From: a virus
Taxonomy: Duplodnaviria > Caudoviricetes
DNA: 38,596 nt
Strand: one strand, 5' to 3'
IMG/VR virus record: IMGVR_UViG_3300017780_001773
Location: 1 to 38,596 of that record
Position 1 is the first letter of the stretch, and every line of letters starts with the position of its first letter. Below the pieces are notes generated by a model. It was not told the DNA's origin and searched no databases. It was given only the letters and a program-made list of their open reading frames with translations. Positions 1 to 9,734 of the stretch are shown here, in pieces. Made by a program: the position numbers and the translations under genes.

Positions 1-292
1 CAGTCTTTTCGTTCACGTCAATGTCAAGGCAGATCAGGTAGCACACGGTTGCCTGCGGATCGACGCGGCGGGATTCAGCGTGGGTAAAGGAGCAGGGGGT
101 CACGTAGGGCACCCGCTTCACGAGCTGCTGCTGCTTCCGGTCAAGAGCGCCATACTGTTCGCGGGTGGTGTTGAGGGTGCATGCGATCAACAGCTTGCGC
201 TCTACGAATTCCTGGAAGTTGCGGAGGGGAAGCTGCTTGACAATACCAAGCTCGTTCGCTTCACCCCCGTAGAAAGTGTGGTGGTTGCTCAT
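1..292 (-). CDS. Primase-polymerase / VapE-type replication protein, N-terminal part (runs off the window)
   Basis: Absent from the ORF track. Manual translation from ATG at 292 gives MSNHHTFYGGEANELG...KRVPYVTPCSF...RR...CYLICLDIDVNEKT, open to the edge. The RR...LDxD motif fits AEP-like N-termini of VapE/VirE phage primases. Confidence 0.6.
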   Translation of the reverse strand, partial: MSNHHTFYGGEANELGIVKQLPLRNFQEFVERKLLIACTLNTTREQYGALDRKQQQLVKRVPYVTPCSFTHAESRRVDPQATVCYLICLDIDVNEKT

Positions 293-810
293 CGGGTTTG
301 GGGACGCTGAGTTGCCCGGTCACGCCTCGTCAAGCGAAAAGCGGGGACGTTGTAACTACCACGAATACCCTCATGACCGGATGGATGACCCCAATTTTTG
401 ATTATCAGGGTGGGGCAGTTTGTCCTGTTATGATTGTACCTATTTCAACCGGGGTCCCTCAATTCCTCAATTTTACCCTTACTAAAGTAGAGTAGTAAAC
501 AGAAAAACGATAGAAGAAAAGTAGTAAAAGGGGGTGGCTTTTTTCGGGTCATTCGGTCATCCCAGACTTTTGACAGAGTAAACGTGATAAACGCATAGCC
601 CCTCAAAGTGAAATTTTGAGGAGCTTGGGGGTATTTTCGCGGGTATTTTGGGGTTTCGGTCTGAGAATGGTGGGGAGCATCGCCGGATCGGAGGAAGGTT
701 TGGTGCAGACTTTCACTTTGTCGGAGAAAGTTCTTGACGCCTGTTGTTCGCATGGAGGTCTGATTCGCCTGAAAACTGACTGGACACACCCACACCCGCT
801 TACCCTACGC
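293..810. promoter_or_regulatory. Divergent intergenic control region; candidate origin or packaging region
   Basis: Non-coding gap between divergent primase and terminase genes. AT-rich tract at about 469-530, ATGACC/GGTCAT repeats at 372-391 and 546-562, and tandem GGGTATTTT at about 629-649. Confidence 0.45.
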
Positions 811-1407
811 ATGAGTGACACGAATGAGCTGATGGCTGTGAAGGATCGTCCCAGGATCATCAACCGATTCTCAATGCCCGCTGGGAACTATGAAACGTGG
901 GATGACACGCAGGCGTATGAAGCAGAGCTGCTTGCAAAACTGTTTGCCAACACGTATATCCGGGACTTCAATGCAGGCAACGCTGCAATGCGCCTTGGTG
1001 CAACGTCACTCGAATCAGCCTGTCAGATGGGGGCACAGATTGCCAATCACTGGCTCACACAGCACTACATCCGGGGGCTGATTGACAACTTTGGCAAGAC
1101 TGGTGTCATCAGCGCCGATTCCGTCAGCAGCTTGCTGTGGCGGGATGCGTCAGACTTCGGACCTGGTGCAAACCCCATCGCACGCGTCAATGCCCAGAAA
1201 TGCCTGGCAACCGGGCTGGGACTCACTGAAACCCAGGCCAAGCGCAAGGAGGTTTCGGACTTAGACAAAGTGCGCGGGGGCGTGGTGTGGGTAGAGGCAC
1301 CGATCCGGGACCTACCTGACTGGGAAGCGGTGAGCATCGAGGAACAGGCGATCATGATGGCCAAACTGGAGGACGACACACCCGTTGAGGGTGAGGACCT
1401 GCTATGA
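811..1407 (+). CDS. terS: Terminase small subunit
   Basis: Contains 'FANTYIRDFNAGNAAMRLG' HTH-like TerS motif; ATGA overlap with the large subunit. Start placed at ATG 811 after an AC-rich leader. Confidence 0.75.
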   Translation: MSDTNELMAVKDRPRIINRFSMPAGNYETWDDTQAYEAELLAKLFANTYIRDFNAGNAAMRLGATSLESACQMGAQIANHWLTQHYIRGLIDNFGKTGVISADSVSSLLWRDASDFGPGANPIARVNAQKCLATGLGLTETQAKRKEVSDLDKVRGGVVWVEAPIRDLPDWEAVSIEEQAIMMAKLEDDTPVEGEDLL

Positions 1408-3053
1408 TCATCCCCAACCTCACCATCCCACGGAAGCTTGCGGAGAAGCTGCGGCACCGGATCGTCTGGCAGGCGCTGCCCGGGTCACAGGAGCTGGCGA
1501 TGATCAACCCGGTCAATGAGTTCCTCTACTCAGGGACCCGGGGACCGGGCAAGACTGACGTGCAGCTCATGAACTTCCGGTCCCGTGTGGGGCAGGGGTA
1601 TGGCTCTCACTGGCGTGGGGTGATCTTTGACCGGCGGTACAAGGACCTTGACGACATCATCAAGAAGTCCTCCAAGTTTCACCAGTTTGGCGATGGTGCT
1701 AGGTTCCTCCGATCCGGGGAGCTGAAGTGGATCTGGCCTACCGGGGAAGAGCTGATGATCCGGCACATGCACAGCGCCGATGACTACTGGAACTACCACG
1801 GGCAGGAGTACAGCTGGATCGGATGGAACGAGCTGACCAAGCAGCCCACCTCAGAACTCTATGACCTCATGCTGTCCTGCAACCGGACTTCCTTCATCCC
1901 TGAGATCCACTCACCTGGTCTCACGTATGATGAGCAGTGCCTGCTGAAGGATTGCCGGGATGCCAAGTGGCCCTTGGAGGACATGATTGGGACAGCCAAG
2001 GCAGAGTTCATCCGCAAGAAGATCATGCCACCGATCCCCCTGCAGGTCTTTGCCACCACCAACCCCTTTGGAGCGGGTCACAACTGGGTGAAGGACCGCT
2101 GGATTGAGCCAGACGGCATCAGGGTTCCCCCGGGCAAGGTCAGCAGGGTCACACAGAACATCTTCAACCCTCAGACCCAGCGCAACGAGAACGTCACCCG
2201 GACCCGCGCCTACCTCCAAGGCAGCTGGAAGGAGAACACCTACCTCAGCCCGCAGTACATCCTGTCCCTCACGAACATCAGTGACCCCAACAAGCGCAAG
2301 GCATGGCTCAAGGGATCGTGGGACATCACTGCCGGTGGTGCCCTGGACAACGTCTGGTATCCAGAGGTGCAGGTGGTGCCCCGCTTCAAGGTCCCCGAGT
2401 CCTGGCGCATCGAACGCAGCCTTGACTGGGGATCGACGCACCCATACTCGGTGGGGTTCTGGGCCATTGCTGATGGCGAGGAAGTTGAGATCCCAGACGA
2501 GCTGGGCAAGGCGATGGGCCGGAAGTTCTGCCCACCCAAGGGATCGCTGGTGCAATGCCACGAGCTGTACGGCACAGACAAGATCGGCACCAATCGTGGG
2601 GTGAAGCTCGGTGCGCGCAAGCTGGCCAAGAAGATCGTGGAAACCCAGGCCTACCTCCGGGCACAGGGATGGATCAGCAGCGAGGTCAACCCTGGACCCG
2701 CTGACAACCAGATCGACAACGTCAATGATGACGACACAAAAACCATCGCAACGCTGATGGCGAACGAGGGGATCAGGTGGAAAAAGTCGGACAAATCCGC
2801 TGGCAGCCGCAAGATCGGACTGGAACTGATCCGGGGTGCGCTGGAAAATAGCGTTGCCGGGGATGCCCCAGGACTTTATTTCATGAACCACTGTGTTGCT
2901 TCCATCAAGACCCTCCCAACCCTCCCCCGGGACGAGGATGACCCTGACGACGTTGACACAGAGGCTGAGGATCACCCCTATGACATGGTCCGTTACCAAG
3001 TCCTTCACTACGCCAAGACCTTCCTGAAGACCTCACCAATAGACATGCACTAA
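1404..3053 (+). CDS. terL: Terminase large subunit
   Basis: Walker A GTRGPGKT, Walker B-like WIGWNELT, coupling motif ATTNP, RNase H-like nuclease RSLDWG and C-terminal EDHPYD. Confidence 0.93.
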   Translation: MIIPNLTIPRKLAEKLRHRIVWQALPGSQELAMINPVNEFLYSGTRGPGKTDVQLMNFRSRVGQGYGSHWRGVIFDRRYKDLDDIIKKSSKFHQFGDGARFLRSGELKWIWPTGEELMIRHMHSADDYWNYHGQEYSWIGWNELTKQPTSELYDLMLSCNRTSFIPEIHSPGLTYDEQCLLKDCRDAKWPLEDMIGTAKAEFIRKKIMPPIPLQVFATTNPFGAGHNWVKDRWIEPDGIRVPPGKVSRVTQNIFNPQTQRNENVTRTRAYLQGSWKENTYLSPQYILSLTNISDPNKRKAWLKGSWDITAGGALDNVWYPEVQVVPRFKVPESWRIERSLDWGSTHPYSVGFWAIADGEEVEIPDELGKAMGRKFCPPKGSLVQCHELYGTDKIGTNRGVKLGARKLAKKIVETQAYLRAQGWISSEVNPGPADNQIDNVNDDDTKTIATLMANEGIRWKKSDKSAGSRKIGLELIRGALENSVAGDAPGLYFMNHCVASIKTLPTLPRDEDDPDDVDTEAEDHPYDMVRYQVLHYAKTFLKTSPIDMH

Positions 3054-3054
3054 T

Positions 3055-4677
3055 ATGGCAAACGCACTCACCGCATCCGCTGCACCGCCCGTCAAGGCCA
3101 ACGGGGATAAGCTCCCACAAGTCACTCAGAAGCACCCGGAATGGCGTGCCATGATCAACACCTGGACCCTCGTTGCTGACTGCGTCGCAGGGGAGGAAGC
3201 AGTCAAAGCCAAGGGCAAGGTATACCTCCCGGCACCGGCCACGAACGAGGGAGAGGACAAGGTCAAGGTGAACCAGCGGTACACCGACTTTGTGATGCGG
3301 GCCTGCTACTTCAACGCCACTGGCCGGACCCTCCGGGGACTCGTGGGTGAGGTGTTCAGCAAGGATTCCACCGTGGAGGTGCTGGAGGTGTTCAAACCTC
3401 TGCTGTGCAACCTCGATGGTTTCGGACGATCCGCTGAACAGCTGGCCAAGGAGGCACTCAGCTACAGCCTCCAGTTTGGCCGTGGCGGGTTCCTGGCGGA
3501 CTACCCCAACCAGACACAGGAGGACGGGAGCATCAAGGCCACCACGGTCAAGGACCTTCAGAATGCCAACGTCCGTCCCCGGGTCCTCAACTACCAGCCT
3601 CAAGCCATCATCAACTGGAGGCTGAAGAACTTTGGAGCACTGAGCCTCCTGGGCCTTGTGGTGCTTGAGGAGCAGAACCTTGAGGTGGATGAGTTTGAGT
3701 TTGAGGAAACCACCAAGCCACAGTACCGGGTGCTCCGTCTCACGGCGGATCGGATCTACACTGTTGAGATCTGGAGGGAGAACAAGGAGCGGCAGTGCTT
3801 TGAGCTCGTGGAGGGTCCATTCACCCCACAGGGCAAGGCAGGCAAGCACTTCGATGTGATCCCCTTCACGTTCTACGGTCCTGATGACAACGGTGCAACC
3901 CCCAACCTCTCCCCTCTGGCAGACATTGCCCGGGTCAGCATCGCTTGGTATCGGAACTCCGCTGATGAAGAGGACTCGATCAACATCGTTGGCCAACCCA
4001 CCCTGTTCATCTTTGGGGTCAGCGAGGAGTGGGCCAAGAACATCTGGAAGGGCAAGATCAGGTTTGGCTCCCGGTCCTGTGTCCCCTGTGAGCAGGGTGC
4101 CACCGCAGAGCTGCTGCAGGCCACACCCAACACCATGGTCAAGGACGCAATGGACCGCAAGGAGCGGCTGATGGTTGCTTTGGGTGCCCAGCTCGTGGAA
4201 CAGAAGGAGGTACAGGAGACTGCCACCGCTTCCGGCCACAACCAGAAAGCCAAGATGTCCATCCTGGGCAGCTGTTCCAAGAACGTCGGTGAGGCGCTGA
4301 CCCAGGCGATCAAGTGGGCCCACAGTTTCCTTGTGGTCCTCAGTGACACAGACAAGAAGGACGGCATCAGCTATGAGCTCAACGCAGATTATGACGTCAG
4401 CCGCATGTCCCCTGAAGAGCAGTCAGCCGTGGTAGCCTCGTGGCAGGCTGAGGCCATCGACTATGAGGAAATGCGCGGTGCGTTCAAGCGTGGCGGTGTG
4501 GCTTGGAAGGACGATGCTGAGGTCAAGTCCGCCAACGAGGCAGCCCGGGAGGATCTTCTGGGTGTCACGCAGGTGGGTGGGAAGCTTGCCCCAGATCCTA
4601 CAGTGGACCCCAAGACAGGCCAGAAGCTCCCACCACCGATTGACCCCAACAAGGTCAAAACCCCACCAGCAAAATGA
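3055..4677 (+). CDS. Portal protein (DUF4055-like)
   Basis: 540 aa directly after terL, with 'HPEW...W...D...GE..VK...YLP' and 'RA.YFNATGRTL.GLVG' portal motifs. Confidence 0.88.
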   Translation: MANALTASAAPPVKANGDKLPQVTQKHPEWRAMINTWTLVADCVAGEEAVKAKGKVYLPAPATNEGEDKVKVNQRYTDFVMRACYFNATGRTLRGLVGEVFSKDSTVEVLEVFKPLLCNLDGFGRSAEQLAKEALSYSLQFGRGGFLADYPNQTQEDGSIKATTVKDLQNANVRPRVLNYQPQAIINWRLKNFGALSLLGLVVLEEQNLEVDEFEFEETTKPQYRVLRLTADRIYTVEIWRENKERQCFELVEGPFTPQGKAGKHFDVIPFTFYGPDDNGATPNLSPLADIARVSIAWYRNSADEEDSINIVGQPTLFIFGVSEEWAKNIWKGKIRFGSRSCVPCEQGATAELLQATPNTMVKDAMDRKERLMVALGAQLVEQKEVQETATASGHNQKAKMSILGSCSKNVGEALTQAIKWAHSFLVVLSDTDKKDGISYELNADYDVSRMSPEEQSAVVASWQAEAIDYEEMRGAFKRGGVAWKDDAEVKSANEAAREDLLGVTQVGGKLAPDPTVDPKTGQKLPPPIDPNKVKTPPAK

Positions 4678-4844
4678 GACCCCATTGGAAGGACCAGCTG
4701 AAGCAGTGGATCTGCAAGGTATTTGGGCACAAGTTCTACAAGCCAGGTACAGTGATAGCCTCCAACCCGCAGACATGGGAATGGAACGGCATGAAACACC
4801 GTTGCTGTAAGCGGTGCGGACGGATTGACAGCAAACCACTCTGA
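4674..4844 (+). CDS. Small Cys/His protein, DUF1660-like (56 aa)
   Basis: Absent from the ORF track. Manual translation: MRPHWKDQLKQWICKVFGHKF...HRCCKRCGRIDSKPL. ATGA overlap with the portal stop and TGATG overlap with the next gene; CxxFGH...CxRCG signature. Confidence 0.75.
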   Translation: MRPHWKDQLKQWICKVFGHKFYKPGTVIASNPQTWEWNGMKHRCCKRCGRIDSKPL

Positions 4845-6412
4845 TGAGCAAGAACACTCTCACCAACTTAGCTCTGCGCAACCAGGTCCTGCTTGACAGG
4901 TACAAGGCGGGTGCGGTGTTGGAGTTCGACAAGGTTCACAAGGACCTTGACAAGGCAATCTCGGACACGCTAGGTGCACTTGAGGTGGACACGCTGGACG
5001 AGCTTCAACGCAAAGAGGTAGAGGGGGTTCTGGGGCAGCTCCGGGTGGCGCAAACTGACGTAGGCACCGCGCACCTGCTCAAGCTGACGGAGGAACTTAA
5101 GCAGCTCGGTGGATTTGTTGCTGGGACAGAGGCTGCCGGCCTGACAGGGATCGCCAAGGCAGCTGCAACCCGGGCACGCAAGGCCACAGCCGCAACAGCC
5201 AAGCAGGCTTATCAAGCCGCGCTGGCATCCCCGATGAACGTGGGCCGGGAGTCCACCGGGATGCTGATGGAGTCCTTCATGAAGGGGTGGAGCACAGCCA
5301 CCACAAGCATGGTCAACGGTGCGGTGCTCCAGGGTTGGCAGGAGGGTAAGACAGTCCAGCAGGTCATGCAGAAGATCCGGGGGACCAAGGCTGCGCTCTA
5401 CAAGGATGGACTGTTGCCTGCTTCCCGGCGTGACGCAGCAGCGATGGTGCGGACTGCCACCCAGCACGTGGCCCAGACGGCACGCATGGAAACGTGGGCA
5501 GCCAACGGGGACCTGATCAAGGGGTACAGCATCCTTGCCACCCTGGACGGGCGCACCACGCAGATCTGCCGTTCCATGGACGGGCGCAAATACGATCTGG
5601 GCAAGGGTCCGGTCCCCCCGTTCCATGTCAACTGCCGCACCACGACGATCCCTGAGCTGGGGCCTGAGTTTGATTTCCTGGATGAAGGGGCAACCCGGTC
5701 CTCTGCCAACGGATACGTAGATGCCAACCTGACCTACTACGATTGGTTGAAGACCCAGGATGCTGACTTCGTGAAGGACGCACTGGGGGCATCCCGGGCC
5801 AAGCTGTTCCTTGAGGGGGGACTGACCAGCAAGGAGTTTGGGGACCTCAACCTTGGCAAGAACTTTGAGCCGCTGACCCTGAAGGAAATGGCACTGGCCA
5901 ACCCCAACGTGTTCAGGGGGACGGGGCTGGAGAAGTTCATCCCCGATGGGATCGAGTTACTGGGTGACGAGCTTCCCGCGATCCCGGTGCCCGCCGCAGC
6001 CCTAAAGAAGTTCAGAACCTGGCCTGCTGATGACTACTCAGGAATAGAGGGAGCCATCAGTATCCTGAACACTGCACCCATCGACTGGCAGACCAAGCAG
6101 AACGCAGGGAAGCTGCGCCAGGCAACCGTTGGGGCTAAGACAACCAAGGAAACCCTACCCATTGACCAGCTGTTGGCGGGTCAGACTGGGGTATTTGGGG
6201 AGGGAGTTGAAAAGCTGCTCACTGAGTTCGATCCAGAGAAGCTGGAACGGGTTTATGCTGTGCGATACCCAGACGGACGGGTGGCTGTCCTCAACGGGCA
6301 CCACCGTTTGGTGGCTACCAAGCTGCTAGGCCACAAGACTCTGGATGCCCAAGTGATGGCAGTATCTGACGACCTGCTAGCCACTTTGAAACCTGGCACC
6401 CCACCTAAATAG
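4844..6412 (+). CDS. Minor head morphogenesis protein (SPP1 gp7 / Mu gpF) with C-terminal ParB/Srx-like domain
   Basis: MuF motifs 'ATLDGRTTQICRSMDG' and 'PPFHVNCRTT'. C-terminal 'LPIDQL...Q...VLNGHHRLVA.K.LG' ParB-like motif. Confidence 0.85.
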   Translation: MSKNTLTNLALRNQVLLDRYKAGAVLEFDKVHKDLDKAISDTLGALEVDTLDELQRKEVEGVLGQLRVAQTDVGTAHLLKLTEELKQLGGFVAGTEAAGLTGIAKAAATRARKATAATAKQAYQAALASPMNVGRESTGMLMESFMKGWSTATTSMVNGAVLQGWQEGKTVQQVMQKIRGTKAALYKDGLLPASRRDAAAMVRTATQHVAQTARMETWAANGDLIKGYSILATLDGRTTQICRSMDGRKYDLGKGPVPPFHVNCRTTTIPELGPEFDFLDEGATRSSANGYVDANLTYYDWLKTQDADFVKDALGASRAKLFLEGGLTSKEFGDLNLGKNFEPLTLKEMALANPNVFRGTGLEKFIPDGIELLGDELPAIPVPAAALKKFRTWPADDYSGIEGAISILNTAPIDWQTKQNAGKLRQATVGAKTTKETLPIDQLLAGQTGVFGEGVEKLLTEFDPEKLERVYAVRYPDGRVAVLNGHHRLVATKLLGHKTLDAQVMAVSDDLLATLKPGTPPK

Positions 6413-6438
6413 TTCTCCAACCCCAAGAAACACAACAC

Positions 6439-7203
6439 ATGAAACTGACAAAAGCCATCTGGGCCTTGCTCCCAGCCACCACCCAAGCTCTGTTCACCCA
6501 AGTAGGGGACACGGAGGAATACGACAACGGCGAGGAAAACGCCACCGCCATCAAGACAGCCCGGGACCGGGAGCGTGACGCAGCTAAGGCACTACGCGTG
6601 ACTCTCAAGGAAGCGGAGGATGCCCGTGATGAACTCCAATCCCGGATCGACACAGGTGCCGACAAGGGCAAGGGGGACATTGAGGCACTGACTACAGCCT
6701 GGAACAAGAAAGTGGAGAAGCTGACCAAGGATCACACCGCAGCAGCGGATGCCCTGAAGGGTCAGGTCCGCAAGCTCACTGTGGGCCAGGAGGCACGCAA
6801 GCTCGCTGCTGAGCTCGCCACAGAGGAAGGGGTTGACCTGCTTGAGCGGTTCATCCTGGACCGGCTTGACGTCGATCTTGATGGAGACATGCCCGCGATC
6901 AAAGTCCTTGGAGCTGACGGAAAGCCATCCGCTTCAACGGTCGATGAGCTCAAGACGGAATTTCTTGCCGATAAAAGATTTTCAGGTATTCTGACGGGGT
7001 CAAGAGCTTCTGGCGGTGGTGCCGGCGGAAGCAAGCCTGGAGGTGGTGCCTTCAAGCTTGATGCTTACAAGAACGCAGACGGCTCAACAAACTGGGGCAA
7101 GGTCAATCAAGACAACATTGCTACTCCCGGTGTGCTGCAGCAGGTCATGGCGGCTCAAGGCATATCTGTTCCTGCGGTGGACGCTGCTCCACCAACAATC
7201 TGA
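6439..7203 (+). CDS. Capsid scaffolding protein
   Basis: Coiled-coil, 'ASGGGAGG' tail, located immediately upstream of the capsid gene. Confidence 0.75.
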   Translation: MKLTKAIWALLPATTQALFTQVGDTEEYDNGEENATAIKTARDRERDAAKALRVTLKEAEDARDELQSRIDTGADKGKGDIEALTTAWNKKVEKLTKDHTAAADALKGQVRKLTVGQEARKLAAELATEEGVDLLERFILDRLDVDLDGDMPAIKVLGADGKPSASTVDELKTEFLADKRFSGILTGSRASGGGAGGSKPGGGAFKLDAYKNADGSTNWGKVNQDNIATPGVLQQVMAAQGISVPAVDAAPPTI

Positions 7204-7237
7204 TCTCCACTGAAACACAACACATACAACACCCGTC

Positions 7238-8281
7238 ATGGCCGCAACTACTATTGCCAACCTGGCCCACGCACCTGTTGAGCTGCTCCTTGCGGCCATC
7301 CAGGAGCGGCAGCCCCGTCTCAACCGCATCCTCAACAGCGCCTTGGTGCTGCAGGACCCACGGAACTTCGCCAACCGCGCACTGGAGGACGGTGCCACCA
7401 AGGTGGAGATTCCGCTCATCAGCCCCGTCACTGGTGGATACTCCATCCAGAACCCTGGGACCCCGCCCACCATTGACAACATCACCTCCGGTCGCCAGAT
7501 CGCACCGGTGCTGTACCGTGAGAAAGCCTGGGGCCGTGATGCCTTTGCGGCGGCGCAGTCCGGGATCGACCCGTTTGCGTACATCGTTGACAAGATCCTC
7601 AACCTGCGCTACGATGCAGCTGAAACGGTCATCATCAACCAGCTCATTGGCATGTTCAAGTCGGATGACTTCGCCAGCCTTGTGCTGAGCACCAGCGTCA
7701 ACGAAGCACCTGTGGGCGTCCCTGCCTCCAACGTGTACTTCGATGCTGATGCGTTCCACGATCTCACCGGGATCTTTGGTATCAAGGAAGATGACCTTGC
7801 TGGCGGCATCATCCTGATGCACTCCAAAATGCGGACCTACCTGAAGAAGCAGGACGAACTGGACACCGTCAAGCCATCGTCCGGTGGACTTGAGTTCAAC
7901 ACGTACAAGGGACTCCGCGTGGTGGTCGATGACCGCTTGGTCCGTGCCGGCACAACCTCCGGGTTTGTGTACTCGGTGACGATCCTGGCCCCACAGACCA
8001 TCGTGTTCAATATTGCGGTGCAAGGCCAGGACGGCACAACCTCGTCCAGCCTCGCCTATGACAGTGACATCCCCAACCTGACCAAGGCACTGTATGACCG
8101 CGTGGTCAGCATCGCCCACATCAACGGGACGATCTGGACACCTGCGCTTGCCACTGGCGGTGCGCTGACCGTGGTCACCGGGGGTCCATCGGACACCCAG
8201 CTCACCACTGCCAACGCCTGGAACACAGCCTACACCAACGTGAAGGAAACCCGAGTTGCCCGGGGTGAGTTCAACATCTGA
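7238..8281 (+). CDS. Major capsid protein
   Basis: 347 aa; follows scaffold; HK97-fold motifs 'LMHSK' and 'TYKGLRVVVDD'. Confidence 0.85.
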   Translation: MAATTIANLAHAPVELLLAAIQERQPRLNRILNSALVLQDPRNFANRALEDGATKVEIPLISPVTGGYSIQNPGTPPTIDNITSGRQIAPVLYREKAWGRDAFAAAQSGIDPFAYIVDKILNLRYDAAETVIINQLIGMFKSDDFASLVLSTSVNEAPVGVPASNVYFDADAFHDLTGIFGIKEDDLAGGIILMHSKMRTYLKKQDELDTVKPSSGGLEFNTYKGLRVVVDDRLVRAGTTSGFVYSVTILAPQTIVFNIAVQGQDGTTSSSLAYDSDIPNLTKALYDRVVSIAHINGTIWTPALATGGALTVVTGGPSDTQLTTANAWNTAYTNVKETRVARGEFNI

Positions 8282-8282
8282 T

Positions 8283-8338
8283 TTCTTGGGGGACCTTGGA
8301 GCATCAGTTACGGCTGGTGCTCCTTGTGTCCCCAGGAA
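8283..8338 (+). terminator. Long stem-loop after the capsid gene (attenuator, stabiliser or processing site)
   Basis: GGAGCATCAGT-TACG-GCTGGTGCTCC inner stem with UNCG-type loop, plus outer TTCTTGGGG/CCCCAGGAA stem. No U-tract. Confidence 0.5.
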
Positions 8339-8358
8339 CTCTCCAACCATACCCCCAT

Positions 8359-8553
8359 ATGGCACCAAAGAAACCACACAAGCTCGTCCAGGTCAAGGTC
8401 AATGTTGGCTCTGACGTGGACATCCAGAAACTCATTGGTCAGGTCCACACCTTTGTTGCCAAAAGCAAGATGGCGGATCGGATCGAAATCTACATCAACG
8501 GCCAAGTCTCCACACAGGAATCCCCTGCTGCAGAGGACCTTGCCCTGCTCTGA
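8359..8553 (+). CDS. Hypothetical small protein (64 aa)
   Basis: ATG at 8359 after an AC-rich leader; fills the gap after the capsid gene. Confidence 0.6.
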   Translation: MAPKKPHKLVQVKVNVGSDVDIQKLIGQVHTFVAKSKMADRIEIYINGQVSTQESPAAEDLALL

Positions 8554-8574
8554 AACCTCTGACTCCAAATCATC

Positions 8575-8799
8575 ATGGCTAAAATGCTCAACACACCGTT
8601 CAAGCAAGGCAAGATGGGCCGGAAGTCCCTCAATGCCCGCATCGCGGCAGGGACCCTGACCACCACTGCCTCCACCACCGTCCGGGGATCGGTCCTGAAG
8701 GGAGCTGCTGTTGCAGCTGCTGCCGGGGCCAACCCTACCGCTGCTGAATACCTCGCCTTGCTCACCTCGCTGCGCAACGCTGGTATCATCGCCACGTAA
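8575..8799 (+). CDS. Head fibre / decoration protein
   Basis: 'ASTTVRGSVLKGAAV...EYLALLTSLRNAGII' resembles the small head-fibre family that follows capsid genes. Confidence 0.65.
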   Translation: MAKMLNTPFKQGKMGRKSLNARIAAGTLTTTASTTVRGSVLKGAAVAAAAGANPTAAEYLALLTSLRNAGIIAT

Positions 8800-8831
8800 T
8801 CACCCGTAACACCACACCAAGGAACACCCCC

Positions 8832-9335
8832 ATGGCCTTGATCATTGAGGATGGCAGCCCGGTAGCAGACGCCAACAGCTATGTCACCGCAGCCAACGTG
8901 ACGGAGTTTGCCACACTGCGGGGGATCACCCTGTCCAGCGTGGCGGATGCCCACGTGGAAAGCCTCATCATCAAGGCCATGGATTTCCTGGAGTCACAGG
9001 AACCCCGTTTCAGAGGTTCCCGTGTATCTGCCGATCAGATGCTGTCCTGGCCACGCCAGGATGTCCAGCTCAACGGCTTTGACTTTCCGTCCACCGCGAT
9101 CCCTGTCCAGCTCAAGAAAGCTCTGTGCCAGCTTGCCATCGATGCTGATACCCTTGACCTGATGCCCACCACCGATGGCCGGGAGGTCATCAAGGAGAAG
9201 GTTGACGTGATTGAGACCACATACGCTGAGTCCAACAGTGCCTCCCCACAGCCCGCGCTGACTGCCTTCTTCAGCCTCCTTGCCCCGCTGCTGTCCAGTG
9301 GTGGGGTGTTCACCCTCAGCATGGAAAGGGCATGA
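8832..9335 (+). CDS. Head-tail adaptor (DnaT-like family)
   Basis: 'MALIIEDGS.VADANSYV', 'Q.L.WPR', 'IP.QLK.A.CQLA', 'KEKVDVIET.Y'. Confidence 0.85.
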   Translation: MALIIEDGSPVADANSYVTAANVTEFATLRGITLSSVADAHVESLIIKAMDFLESQEPRFRGSRVSADQMLSWPRQDVQLNGFDFPSTAIPVQLKKALCQLAIDADTLDLMPTTDGREVIKEKVDVIETTYAESNSASPQPALTAFFSLLAPLLSSGGVFTLSMERA

Positions 9336-9338
9336 CCC

Positions 9339-9734
9339 ATGGCAGGAGATTTCACCAAACAGGCCGCCACTGCTCTGAAGTTGATCAAGGCCAAGGGGCA
9401 GCCACTCGCCTTCTCCCGGTCCACCACTCCCTTTGATCCAGTGCTAGGGGGTGGCTCCGGTGCCGCAGAGGCTGTGACCTACGCCGGGCATGGAGTCCGT
9501 CTGCCCAACTACAAAGGGACCGTGTTTGACGCCATGGACAATGCGTTCAAGGCTGCCCTGGTAACGGGTCAGGCCGCGATCCTCCTGGTGGCCGCTGCCG
9601 GCATGGCGCAGGTCCCTGTTCCCGGGGACGATGTGGCATTGGGTGACGGTTCAATCTGGCTCATCAAGGGTCTGACCGCGCTCAACCCTGCCGGCCAACC
9701 AATCCTGTACACACTGGGGGTGGTGCTCAAATGA
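9339..9734 (+). CDS. Head closure / stopper protein
   Basis: Position; 'A.KLI..KGQ' and 'LNPAG.PILY.L' motifs. Confidence 0.7.
   Translation: MAGDFTKQAATALKLIKAKGQPLAFSRSTTPFDPVLGGGSGAAEAVTYAGHGVRLPNYKGTVFDAMDNAFKAALVTGQAAILLVAAAGMAQVPVPGDDVALGDGSIWLIKGLTALNPAGQPILYTLGVVLK

Noticed and set aside
731-765. TTGACG as the -35 of a terminase promoter
   Set aside because: No convincing -10 hexamer at 16-18 bp spacing.
616-810. N-terminal extensions in the ORF track (for example 616, 10048, 17682, 20250, 34484)
   Set aside because: Downstream ATG/GTG starts with AC-rich leaders or stop-start overlaps fit the protein families better.
1911-8377. Long antisense ORFs (1911-3008, 2905-4323, 7145-8377), and similarly 34728-35774 and 21780-22736
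   Set aside because: They are shadows of well-supported genes on the opposite strand in GC-rich DNA, with no recognisable motifs or leaders.
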